Assembly: GCF_006345805.1 (NCBI RefSeq)
Contig: NC_043000.1
Location: 14,756,001 to 14,820,000 of the forward strand
Length of the DNA stretch: 64,000 nucleotides
Direction: 5' to 3'
Source of the DNA: Octopus sinensis
Taxonomy: Eukaryota
The position numbers were made by a program, and so were the translations under genes. Of this stretch, positions 35,374 to 47,300 are shown in pieces; within the stretch, counting starts at the first letter, position 1, and every line of letters starts with the position of its first letter. The notes beneath the pieces are model-generated. The model did not search any database and had not been told where the DNA came from. It saw only the letters and a program-made list of their open reading frames with translations.

Positions 35374-36755
35374 ATTATATGTTATCAGCCCCAGGATCAA
35401 ATAACAGAAGCCCTAAATTTGATAGCAGGCCAATAGAAGTGTATAAATCAACCGGTCGTGCTGGGAGTAGCCCCAACTCAAAGTCTGCCAGTCCGCATTC
35501 CCCCAGCAGTTATAGAGGCCACCTACGTCAACAACCACCCCAACCAACAGCACCACCTCCACCTCCTCCACCACCACAACAGCAACAGCAACCACCACCA
35601 CCTCCTCCACCAACATCAGCACAGCAGCAGCAACAACAGCAACAACCATCTCCTCAACCTGGCCAACTAAATTCTGCCACACCTTCTCCTCAACAGATTA
35701 TATTTAATGGCAAGATTCCTCTAAAGTATGCAATAACTGGGCCTCCAACCCCTGTGATTTCACAACAATCAACTCCAGGAGAAAAACCTAGCAAACCAGT
35801 AAGTCGGGGCGACAGCTTCAAGCAACGTTGTCTTCTCCACGTAGAAAACAATTCTTCTGGAGAACCAAATACTTTAGCAGTAGACAATCCTGATAGCACT
35901 GCTACCAACCTTTATTCATTACCACCTCCTCTTTCTGTTGTTCATCCAGTCAGCTTAGACTCACGGTTGCATCCGAAAAACATGGTTCCACTCCCTTCTG
36001 TCAACTATAATTGCCCATCATCCAACCAGAATCTTCCTTCAACATCTGCTGCCATTGATCATATCGGTGGTGCATCTTGGGCAAAAATGGTTGCATTGGA
36101 CTCTATTTCACCTTGTGGTGCTGGTGTAGCTTGGGGAGGTGGTGGTCTGCCACCAGGACCTCCTGATAAATTAAGTCCTTCACAACTGAATAATGTTTGG
36201 ACAAATAATGAATCTCCAGTTGCTGGTGCTTGGAATAAAAACTTGACTGCCATATGCACTGACCAAATGACATGTCCTATATCTGCTGGGTCTCAATGGA
36301 AATCTATACCAGCAGCCCCTTCTGATCCTTCCTGGACAGCTGATCCCATGTGTAATATAGTAAAAACTGATCCAGTTGTGATCCCAATGGCAAGGGCAAC
36401 ATATAGTGCCATTGATGGTGCTCCAAAACATGTTTTACCTGATGTATTATTACCAGAACTTCCACCCCAGCGAACTACAGACACAAACCTACTGTCAGCA
36501 ACATCAGCAACCACTCCAACTATTCCCCCTAAAGCTGCACCCACTGCTGATGTACTGGACCTTGCTAATCATACACAGCAGTCAGAATCTGTTAATATGA
36601 ATGTAGAGAATGTAACATCACCTTCATCAAATACAGAAGCGACAAATATGACCTCTAACTCTAGTGGTAACACTAACCAGCTTTTGGGCAATGCGAGGGA
36701 GAAATCTACAAGAACTGTACCTGTTGATTCAACTGTCGAGGGTCACAGAAATCAG
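35374..36755 (+). CDS. FRMD6: Large low-complexity exon (460 codons; polyP/polyQ, Ser/Pro/Thr-rich) of the FERM protein
   Basis: ccccccactag| acceptor (phase 1) and CAG|gtgaga donor (phase 0); lies inside ORF 35325-36770; phases join exons 32569-32775 and 38123-38911. Confidence 0.88.
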
Positions 36756-37319
36756 GTGAGATTTTCTTGATTACTTATTTTTCTACATAAATAATTTTTA
36801 TTGATCTGGTATATGCAACTGAGGCAGAATTTAATTAAAACAGCCATCTCTGTCATGCTAAATGTATTCACTCAGTTGTTGGTTCTTTACTGCTGTATTT
36901 GTCCTCAGATATCATCTCTGATATTTATAGTGTTTTTAACATAGCAGGTCCAGAAGTGGTGTTATCTCAGGATAAATACTGCAGTAACTGGCCTGTTGAG
37001 TGTGTTTACATGAAGTATGATACATAGAAGACCGAACAAACTTTGTTAGTTCAAATGTTTGTGACTTATTTTAACTTCTAAAGGCAACTTCATTGCTGTT
37101 TACTATGGAGAAAAAAAACTTCTCATTTGTGGTAAAAAGTCTAAATACACCATTATCAGCTCAGTGGTGCCATCCCTGGACCCCTAGATGCATTTCTGGT
37201 TCGTCATGCTGTCCTCTGTAGAAGATACCAAAGAGAGATAACCTTGAGTTGACAGAAAGCCGTAGCTTTATAAAAAAAAAAAAATCAGTCAATACAAATG
37301 ACTGATTTGCGCTTATAAA

Positions 37320-37800
37320 ATAATAATAATAATAATGAAATTATTGTATATAGTGCTCAGGTGCACCACAACTTGTCAGAAAGTGCATATAAAGTACATG
37401 CAGTAATGTAGAAATGTCTGGAAAGCGAACAATGTATGAGTCAGATACATGCTTGTGTGTGTATAGAGGGGAGAAAATCAAGTGTAGTGTTGGCGAATCT
37501 CAGGAAGCATGGAAGTTTTGAAGGATGCAGTGCTCCGACAACTAACAACTGATGCCGGCAGTTTGTTCCATGCTTCAGCAACTCTCAGCGTGAAAAAAAT
37601 GTTTCCTGAAGTCATGGGAGCTGTGCTGTTTTCTTTGTAAATATGTCCACGGGTGTTAGATGGGTGGAGTTTGAAAAGGTGCTCAGAGTTATTGTTTGTA
37701 CGATGGTTGATAATTTTATGGGTGTCTGCCAAGTCAGCTGCCAGACGTCGGAGTTTCAATGTGTCCATGCCCAGATAGACTGCCGAACAAATACATAGGC
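37320..37800 (-). mobile_element. CR1-clade LINE 3' fragment (ORF2 C-terminus, 3' UTR and (ATT)n tail)
   Basis: TLKLRRLAADL...TRGH...FFTLRVAEAWNKLPASVV...FK is the CR1 ORF2 terminal pattern; 3' UTR also seen at 6738-6910 and 31050-31120. Confidence 0.85.
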
Positions 37801-38122
37801 AGTAGTGTGAAACATTGATAGGAAATAAACAAACAAAATGCATCTAAGGGATCCAGAGAGGACAACACTGAGCTGATGATGGTGTATTTACACCTTTTAC
37901 AAATGTGTGTGAATGTATGGTAGTTTATGCATTATATTTTGGTCAAACATCAGATTGATTAATTATCTGTTAATTAGCTCTTACTGCCTTATATACTAAA
38001 AACCAACTTGTAAATCAGCTTATCTTTTTTTTTCCATATTTATTGTAATCAATACCAGTTTTCTACTCATTAATTCTTCAAATTTGATATCGTTTCCATT
38101 TTTGTGTTGTTTCTCCTTGTAG

Positions 38123-38911
38123 GCACCAGCCCCTGATTCTGTCGGTCCGGTTGATTCAAATCTTCATCTACACCACCCACCCACTGTAGCTGCTCTCTCA
38201 CAACCCCAACAGCTGCCTGGTTCTAGCACAGCTACCTCAGATCCTGACAGCAGTGTCTCTAATACAGATGCCAAACCAAAATCACCAACCAAGATTTCTC
38301 TGAAAAACCAAAAAGAAATTTTACACCCAGAGTTGGAGAAAATCAGAACTGAGGCCAACCGGAACTCGGTGCCTTTCATTACTGCACTCTTTAACGATCA
38401 TTTATTATTGATGCAACACAGCAGTAGCAGTTTTTGCTCTACTGACACTGGCACCATAAAATCCACCGATTCACGGCATTCTACTGCATCAAACCATGAT
38501 ATGGATGGTCGGCGCTTATCTGCTTGTTACCCGAGCAGCACTGGTACTATGATAATGTGCCACTCGACACGGCCTTACAGCTGGCACAATGAGAAGTTTG
38601 ACTTGGACTCGCAGCTTGGCTACAATGTTGGTGGCAATGGCGCCACGTCTCCTGCGGGTCTTTCACCCAGTTACTTCAACAATCATCACAGTGAGCCAAA
38701 CACCTTGAATAACTTCACCACACCTCTGCCTACCTCATGGACTCATTCAATAGCATGCATGCCTGGATGTGGACAGTCTTTGAATACATACAACCCACAG
38801 AATATTGCCTCTCAGCACATGATTCCTGCGAGGCTGTCTTGTGGTGGACATGATAAAAATGAAGGCTCAATGCCCCACAAAACTTTAAAAGAAAATATAG
38901 GAATTGCATAA
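38123..38911 (+). CDS. FRMD6: Terminal coding exon of the FERM protein: APAPDSVG...LHPELEKIRTEANRNSVPFITALFNDHLL...RPYSWHNEKFDLD...KENIGIA*
   Basis: ttctccttgtag| acceptor, phase 0; open for 263 codons to TAA at 38909-38911; same frame as ORF 38333-38911. Confidence 0.88.
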   Translation, partial: APAPDSVGPVDSNLHLHHPPTVAALSQPQQLPGSSTATSDPDSSVSNTDAKPKSPTKISLKNQKEILHPELEKIRTEANRNSVPFITALFNDHLLLMQHSSSSFCSTDTGTIKSTDSRHSTASNHDMDGRRLSACYPSSTGTMIMCHSTRPYSWHNEKFDLDSQLGYNVGGNGATSPAGLSPSYFNNHHSEPNTLNNFTTPLPTSWTHSIACMPGCGQSLNTYNPQNIASQHMIPARLSCGGHDKNEGSMPHKTLKENIGIA

Positions 38912-39637
38912 TGATTTTACACTAATTTATACCCTTTCCTTCTCTCTCTCTCTTTCTCTCTTCCTACTATCAACAGACTTTTTGTGTTCTTTTGTAGATA
39001 TAGTTCCTTCTTCCTATAATGCTCCTTCCTTGCCTGACTCCTCACCTCTCATTCTTGGAGGGGAATGTTGTTTCAAAGTTGTTAACAAGGTTGTTTATTT
39101 TTCTATCCAATCCCATTACACCACCCAACTATATCCTCATGTAAAGATAAAAAAAAACTATGTAATTTATTCAAAATACCAGCAATTAATGCTGCAAACT
39201 AACAAAAAAAAGTGGGGCTTTATTCACGATTTTCTTTTTTATTTTATCTTGTTAAATCATACAAACTTATTTTATTATTATTATTTATTTCCTTTGTAAG
39301 AATACATTTAAAAAAATGGCCATCTTGAAAACTCACATTTTGTTCATGGCCACTCATACTCAAGGTTATTTTGAGAACATTTCTATAATGTATGTGTGTG
39401 TATATATGTATACATAAACGTATTCAGCAATTTTTGAAAGCTGCTAATTTATGGGTGGGGGGTAAATTTGGTGAGTTTGTATCTTCTGATTTATTGATTT
39501 AAAAAAAAAAAAACACATTATTATTGCATATTGAGCACTCTTATGTTCTTCCTTCTTCCCAGATATATCGGTGTGTGTACATGTACATATATATATATAT
39601 ACCATACTGTATACACACATATATTAATAGGCATTTA

Positions 39638-39801
39638 CGTTCTGAGTTCAAATTCCGCCGAGGTCGTCTTTGCCTTTCATCCTTTCGGGGTCGATAAATT
39701 AAGTACCAGTTACGCACTGGGGTTGATGTAATCGACTTAATCCCTTTGTCTGTCTTTGTTTGTCCCCTCTGTGTTTAGCCCCTTGTGGGTAGTAAAGAAA
39801 T
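39638..39801 (+). mobile_element. 5'-truncated SINE S2 downstream of the FERM gene stop
   Basis: 17-bp TSD atattaataggcattta (39621-39637 / 39802-39818). Confidence 0.88.
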
Positions 39802-40549
39802 ATATTAATAGGCATTTATGCATACCACACACACACAGTATATGTACATTTAGACTTAAACACGTGTATATATATGTATCGATGGCTGTGTTTGGAATTG
39901 ATGTTTTGTCTTGTCTAATTTTTGTGTTGCTCTAAGAGTACTACATAAACTAAACAGGGTAGAACTATGGAACTAGGCAAATACTAGAGTTCAGTTATTA
40001 ATTAGATAAGCGTTTAAATTTATCATTCGAGAAGAAAAAGTATCAATTCTACAGTATCTACAAAATACATATACACATGTGTGTTGTACACACATATGTA
40101 TATATGTTTTGTGGACCGACATGTGCGTGCACACATACACGCACGCACGCATGCTCGCACTAGCTGAATCACTAACTCTTGTCCGGGTGCTGAAACTTGG
40201 CTCTTCATTATGTAGGGGTAAAAGAAACACAGCCAAATTGTAAAATGTCCCTGAATATTAATAGTCGACGTACTTCCTTCCTCTTTCACAAGGACTATAC
40301 TACCAAATGAGGTCATTTGAAAGTAGGAGTTTTGTTTTATGTATTTTCAGAAATTATTTTAAGAAATTTACAATCCAATTAATAAAGCATAATACCTGAA
40401 TATTTTATAAATACTAATAAAAATTTAAATGTGAAGCTATAGAAGAAAAAATTATGTTCTATCTTCTATGGTATTTGAAATTGCGTACCAACTTTATGAA
40501 GATATGATTTTTAAACAAGGAATTTTAATAAGTACAATGTTCTAATATA

Positions 40550-40571
40550 TATATATATGTATGTGTGTGTG

Positions 40572-40629
<58 letters not shown>

Positions 40630-40635
40630 TATATT
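40550..40635. repeat. Long (TA)n microsatellite (one of many; others near 6230, 7790, 14330, 15620, 15780, 16035, 25620, 26335, 43740, 57930)
   Basis: Direct inspection. Confidence 0.95.
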
Positions 40636-40710
40636 AAATTAGAGATAAAACCACTATTAGGCAAATCATACAATGAAAAACTTAAGCCAATACATAAGAT
40701 TAATTAATAT

Positions 40711-40778
40711 AACACTACAATCGTTTCATGGCTGTTCAATTCTTAAAATTTTCGAGTTAGTCATTCTTCAGGTGGTTT
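40711..40778 (-). ncRNA. Probably decayed minimal type-I hammerhead ribozyme
   Basis: Minus strand reads CAC-CUGAAGA-AUG-(long loop)-CAU-GAA-ACGAUUGU-A/GUG. The core is intact, stem III is one change from the palindrome ACGAUCGU, and stems I and II are short. Confidence 0.45.
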
Positions 40779-41346
40779 ACATATTTAACTTGGCGAGGTT
40801 TAATCAATGAACAATATATCTCTTATTATAAAAGGCAGATTTTATCTGCCTTCCTTTGTCACTTATAGAAATCTACAATATAGGATTTCTTCAATTACAA
40901 TTTACCTAGCATTTTTAAGAGTAGAATGCATCGGGTCATGCCAGGTCCAGTTTTTAAAATTTAAACTCCAATTAAGCAAAATTTACAGAAAACTCACATT
41001 CTGGTGTGTATGTCAAATGCTTTTCTTAGTCTGGTTTACAGCACACGCAAACGCACACACAGTGTGCAACGAATAAAATGAAACTAATTCACTGTGTGTG
41101 TGTTGACAGGTAGACAATAGAATGCGATGGCGATGGCGATGTAATATTTGTTTCTGTCTATCACGCTGATAGATACATGAGTAAAATGTATGGCAAGCTA
41201 AGAGATAAGAGTGAGTGAAAATGTTCTTGGAAGAGAGTAAATAGCAACAGAGTGATTTGAGGAAGACTAAACTGAAAGTATGAAACAGTGTTTATGTATA
41301 AACAGACGACACTTATATATAGTTATTAATAAATGTATGCATCCGT

Positions 41347-41670
41347 TTAACCCTTTCGTTACCAAACTGCCCGAATTTACCTATTCATATTTAAATGAGA
41401 ATATCAGAGTAAATCTCTTTAGTACATTTGTGAAAACACTATTATACTTCGTAAACACTTCAAATACAGTTTTGTACAAAAATCGAAGTGTAATTTTAAT
41501 TCCGTGAATTATGGGAGATTTTTTTCCGAAATTTGTTCCTATTGTGTTTTCAAAATTTGTAATTCTGACAAAAAATGGATACGAATTTCATTATATCAAG
41601 CAGCGAGTCAGAATTCGAAGGATTTTCTACTGAAGACCTTCATAAATCTAACTCTATGACTGAAAAAAAA
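41347..41670. mobile_element. Possible MITE (TTAA-ccctttcgttacc start), right end not found
   Basis: Same terminal motif as 60892; interrupted by the Helitron. Confidence 0.35.
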
Positions 41671-41674
41671 AGCA

Positions 41675-42070
41675 TCTTTATATAAGAGTGAAGTTGTGTG
41701 TCTGTCTCCTACGATTTAGATTCCTAACTACTCCCACATTTTGCGGTGCAGTTTAACCAAAAGCGGGTATCTTATAGTCGTGATTCATATCGAGCCCTTC
41801 TGGGTATTAGCGCGCGTCTACGATGAGTCTACAATTTAAAAAAAATTTACCATCATATTTTTCCATTTTAATGCATTTTTTTCGCTTTTATATAAGGGAA
41901 GTAACTCTCTAAAAATATCTACGATGTGTCAACGATTTAAAAAAAAAATTTACCTTAATTTTTTTTCAATTTTTAATGCATTTTTTTGCTATTTTTTGGC
42001 TATAACTCTCTAAAAATGCTTATATAGTTATTTCCCTTACAACCCGAGCAACGCCGGGCGATACTGCTAG
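41675..42070 (+). mobile_element. Non-autonomous Helitron
   Basis: Inserted between A and T; 5' TC, 3' CTAG; GC hairpin cccgagcaacgccggg (42043-42058) just before the end; internal ~100-bp tandem duplication. Confidence 0.85.
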
Positions 42071-42103
<33 letters not shown>

Positions 42104-42468
42104 TTTCTATACAATATCGTCTAAGAGAGCTGAGTGATAAAGTGTAAGAAAGAAACAGAAGGGGAGAGCTCACCTCTCCATTATAACTATCAGTCTTTCT
42201 ATTTCTTTTGGACCCAAGATTTTTTCTTCATGCAGTATCCTGGGTTGAATAGATTTGTATGCAAATTTTGGAAAACATTGTCAAGTGATAGCATGGTTTC
42301 AAGACAAACATTGATGCTCTCTCTCTCTCACACACACACATATACTATTATTGCAGTTCTCATAGAGAAATGTAAATTGAATTTAGTGAGTAGAAATTTC
42401 ATTTAATTTCAAATGTTTAATCAACTTGTGTCAATGGAAGTTTAACTCTTTTACGTAATACATACATA

Positions 42469-42673
42469 TACTCTTTTACTTGTTTCAGTCATTTGACTGC
42501 GGCCATGCTGGAGCACCGCCTTTAGTCGAGCAAATCGACCCCGGGACTTATTCTTTGTAAGCCCAGTACTTATTCTATCAGTCTCTTTTGCCGAACCGTT
42601 AAGTGACGAGGACGTAAACACACCAGCATCGGTTGTCAAGCAATGCTAGGGGGACAAGCACAGACACACAAAC

Positions 42674-42704
<31 letters not shown>

Positions 42705-42875
42705 CATATATACGACAGGCTTCTTTCAGTTTCCGTCTACCAAATCCACTCACAAGGCATTGGTCGGCCCGGGGCTATTGCAGAAGACACTTGCTCAAGA
42801 TGCCATGCAGTGGGACTGAACCCGGAACCATGTGGTTGTTTAGCAAGCTACCTACCACACAGCCACTCCTGCGCC
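42469..42875 (-). mobile_element. SINE family S1
   Basis: Full-length match. Confidence 0.85.
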
Positions 42876-43733
42876 TATGTACAAAATTCTAACTTGGTTA
42901 AATATTTATATTCAATATTGCCATCACCGTTGTTCTCTTTATTAGTATTGTTATTTTACCAACACTCTAGTGTTGGGGGACAAACTATTTTCAAACCATT
43001 ATACAACATTTTGTTTCCAATAGCATCTAATTCACTTCACTTATGCCTCTCATACCTTTCCCTAATGCATGGTCACATGCAGTCTTATTTCTCTCCTTTA
43101 TAAATTGTAGCATTTTGCATAAATAGGTAATCTGTCTTGTTTGTATGTGTGTATATATATGTGTGTGAGTAAATCTTTATTAGTTTTAGGCAGTTAGTCA
43201 CATGGCTGATTTTATAAAGTACCAGGCTTGTAGTTATTACTTTGTTTCTTTTATGTTCTTATTCAAGTCTTCATCTTTCCTTTGTCTGGATTCACTAAAA
43301 TGAGTACCAGCAATGTACTTTAATCAATTCAGTTGACTGTACCTTCTCTCTATATAAATATGTGACCTGTCCCAAAGTTAGGAATTCTTGTCTTGTCTGC
43401 TGGTGTCCTTAGTGCTATGACTGCTAGGAGAATACTAAACCATCCCAACTGTTATATAAATGTCTTTTGCTGTCAATTATTATACTAGTGGTACTGCATC
43501 TTGAGTATTTTATACAAATTGCGCTATGCTAGATTCTATTGATACTGGTTCACTAGCTAAGTTACGGGACATAAACACACCAGCATCGGATGTCAAGCGA
43601 TGTTTGGGGGACAAACACACACCTTCAGTCAATCTGCTACTTTTGCTAAATATTAAATGTGTGTATGTGTATATATATATATAAATATGTGTGTGTGTGT
43701 ATATATGTGTGTGTGTGTATATGTGTGTGCGTA

Positions 43734-43765
<32 letters not shown>

Positions 43766-44000
43766 CCATTTAGTGTTAGAAAAAAGAGTAGTCGATACTC
43801 TTGTGGTGCACCTGAGCACCCATAAAACACAAACTCGAATAAGTATCCGTCCAACCCATTGCTCTGGGTCAGTTATTTCATCCGGATGAAATCTGTTTTG
43901 TGCCTTGTTTACTGGCATTCAGAATATTGTCCTGTGGTTCTAGAGACAAGTAGATTTGAGGGCAGTGGTGTGGGTGACAATTGCTACACACAGTAGAGAT

Positions 44001-44380
44001 GGAAGCACTCTGTCGGTTACGACGACGAGGGTTCCGGTTGATCCGAATCAACGGAACAGCTGCTCGTGAAATTAACGTGTAAGTGGCTGATCACTCCACA
44101 GACACATGTACCCTTAACGTAGTTCTCGGGGATATTCAGCGTGACACAGAGAGTGACAAGGCCGGCCCCTTGAAATACAGGTACAACAGAAACAGGAAGT
44201 AAGAGTGAGAGAAACTTGTGGTGAAAGAGTACAGCAGGGATCACCACCATCCCTGCCAGAGCCTCGTGAAGATTTAGGTGTTTTCGCTCAATAAACACTC
44301 ACAACGCCCAGTCTGAGAATCGAAACCACGATCCTATGACCGCGAGTCCGCTGCCCTAACCACTGGGCCATTGCGCCTCC
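44001..44380 (-). mobile_element. SINE family S3
   Basis: 13-bp TSD acacagtagagat (43988-44000 / 44381-44393). Confidence 0.9.
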
Positions 44381-47300
44381 ACACAGTAGAGATAGACCTC
44401 AGTGCAATGTCATGGTTTCAACATCTTGGGAACATGCATGTGTGAATATGTTGTTCTTCCATGCCTGTGCCTATACATTCAAGTTAAAATTTCTGACTTC
44501 TTTCAAAGGCTAATAAGTACCAGTTAACAGCTATTTAAGTGACTACATCTCTGCTTCATACATTTGTGAACTTGTGCCCTTGTCAGATCATATGCCAATT
44601 TTTTTTTTTTTTAATTTAGGAGGAAAGGTAATGCTATGTTGTTCACATTTCTTTACAAACTGAAACAGGTCCATGTAAGGAATTTCTGCAGCTAGTGTAT
44701 ATATATATCTGCATATGTAAGTGTACATAAATTTTTATGCGTGTAGATATATTTTTTTAAACAAATGCTCCTTCTTGCCAGTGTCTTTGAACTATTTTGC
44801 TTTCTTTTCTGACTTTTCAAAATATCCCACCACTACCACCACAAACCATCCTTCCACCAACATCACAAAAACATCTCATGACCATAAAAATCAAGTAAAT
44901 CTCACCCTCCTCCTCCAATGTCACTACAAAAATTAATTTGAATCTCTTTCGAATATCCATGAAAAGTCACTTTCACAACACTGGTGTTAGATTGGAATCG
45001 GGCTGACTTTGCCTTTCAGAGATTGCTTTGCCTAAAAACTTATTATTTTGAAGGGCAGCAGATTAGCAAAACAATAGTGTGGTATATTTAATTATGGCAG
45101 AGGATTTTTATTTAATTTTTGATCTTTTGTTCAAAATACTATCAGGATTGGCTTTGCTTTCTTTCGCTTCTCACTGGGTTTCGCAGAATTAGCAGCAACA
45201 ATAATATAGGTGTTGACTCTGTCGATTAGACAACCATTTACAATTTTCTGGTTTTTAGAATGGTTTAATTAGTCTTCCTGAGTGGCCAGAAACACTCATA
45301 CCCTAATAAATTATTATTGATTATTGATAATTAATTATTATAAATTCCCTTTTAATTTTATGTTCACCTGGGCACAAACTTATTTTCTCTCTTTGTCTGT
45401 CTGTCTCTCTCTTTCTGTGTTGATTTTTACATTGGTAAAAATGAGCAAACATTAGTCAAATGAATTTAGCTACTCTTGACATTTCTGATGATGTTTATAG
45501 GCTGTAGTTTTGTGATTTCAGCAATTATTGGCAGTTAATGTTTAGTGTGCACCAAATGTCAATTGTTAAAAAGCATTTGTGAAGTAAATCATGTAGCAAC
45601 ACTGAATGGCGGTGCCCCAGCATGACCGCAGCTCAAGGGCTGAAACTAAATGAAATGAAAAAAATGAAATCCGTGTGCGTGTATATATATATATATAAGA
45701 CCTATACTCACGACTACTTGATCGAGCATGTGACACAGTAACACCTAAGGGCATCATACAGCTTCACCACCTTCTATATATAGATAATGCTGCCAAGCAT
45801 GTCATGTTTATTTTGTCTTAAATTTCAGCAGGATTTAGATTCTAGTTATATCTATGCCACTTTCACTGCAACGAAATTAGAACTCCAAGAATATGCATAC
45901 AATCCTCAATTTAAAGATAGAGGTTTGTTTGAGAGAGATTTGGTTGCTGCAATGAACAGGGGAAATGAACGTGAAGTTCCCTTGTATTTGTATTCAAAGG
46001 GATGGTATTCTAATTGAAACTTCAAATTTCTTCAAAAATAAATAAAGGGTCTTACTTAAACAGTTTATATTTTAACGTGCTCTCTCTCTCTCTCTCTCTC
46101 TCCAATTATTCAGTCTATATGATCTGTTTGTTAAAGATCTGTTATTGAGAACCTTGTTGTTTCTCAGCTTTACTTCTCATGTCATCTGTGATAGTGTTTT
46201 AAGATTTAATTATCCAAATAACAAATTTTACTCTATCATCTACCTGGGTACTTCTGCATGTAAACTGCTGCAGTTTGTTCAGGGAGGAACAATATCAACA
46301 ATATCTGTATAATTTGCATACATTCGTTAAGAATGTGGGATTAATTTTATTGGTTGACTTATTTGCATAAATATTTGGGATGAATTATATGAATTATTTT
46401 GGGTACTGGTTGGAAAATTAGAATAGGGAGGGACAGGTGAACCAAATATTTTCAGAAAAAGATGGGTGTAATATTTTTTATTTACATTTTTTTGTGAGCA
46501 CAATGTTTCAGAATATTTTACCCCACCACCAAAAAAAGTTAACTGATTAAACAATATTCTTTTACTTGTTTCAGTCATTTGACTGCAGACATGCTTGAGC
46601 ACCACCTTTCAGTTTCCAGCTACCAAATCCACTCACAAGGCCTTGGTCAGCCTATAGTAGAAGACACTTGCTCAAGGTGTCGCACAGTGGGACTGAGCCC
46701 GGAACCATGTGGTTGGAAAGCCATCTTCTTACCACACAGCCACGAACTTCAAACTCTATCTCATTTCATTGTGTTGGTGCATGTATTTCTAAATAGATGA
46801 TAGGCTTTCTGTCACTAACCACTCAGGAATGAAGAACAGGGGACAAATTTTGTTCTGTCAGATGAACCGAAACAATCAGCTGGGTGCCTTACTCAGTGGT
46901 GCAGGACAAGGCTGTATGGTCAATCTGTAGTACAGTATCTTTATCTCACAGCCATTGCATTGCACTTCTGACATAGTTTATTTTCATTCATTGTATAGGG
47001 GCAACTGCAGTCCATTGCCAATGATCATGATAGGTGAAGAGTTCTTGTTGGTACCCCATGACCCACACAGATTTCTAGGATTAAGAAGAAGAATTTGCAT
47101 TTCCATAAAATTGACAATATGTAATCATATATTATCTAGAGCTGTTTTTGTCTTGACATTTTGTTAATCAATCTCTCTTTTCATTCACAATACACACATA
47201 CGTGTGCATGCACACACACACACCTTTTTAGTGTTTATTTGTTTCTTTTGTGTCAGAACATAAGAGTGTTCAATACAAGCTTGTGGTGGAAGAGTTGGTT

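Noticed and set aside
38904-39299. 131-aa ORF after the FERM gene stop
   Set aside because: Low-complexity AT/CT-rich 3' UTR sequence in a different frame, with no splice support.
40023-40316. Minus-strand 97-aa ORF, and other 60-140 aa ORFs in 39-55 kb (e.g. 47424, 48827)
   Set aside because: No domain motifs or coherent exon chain; they run through microsatellites or AT-rich DNA.
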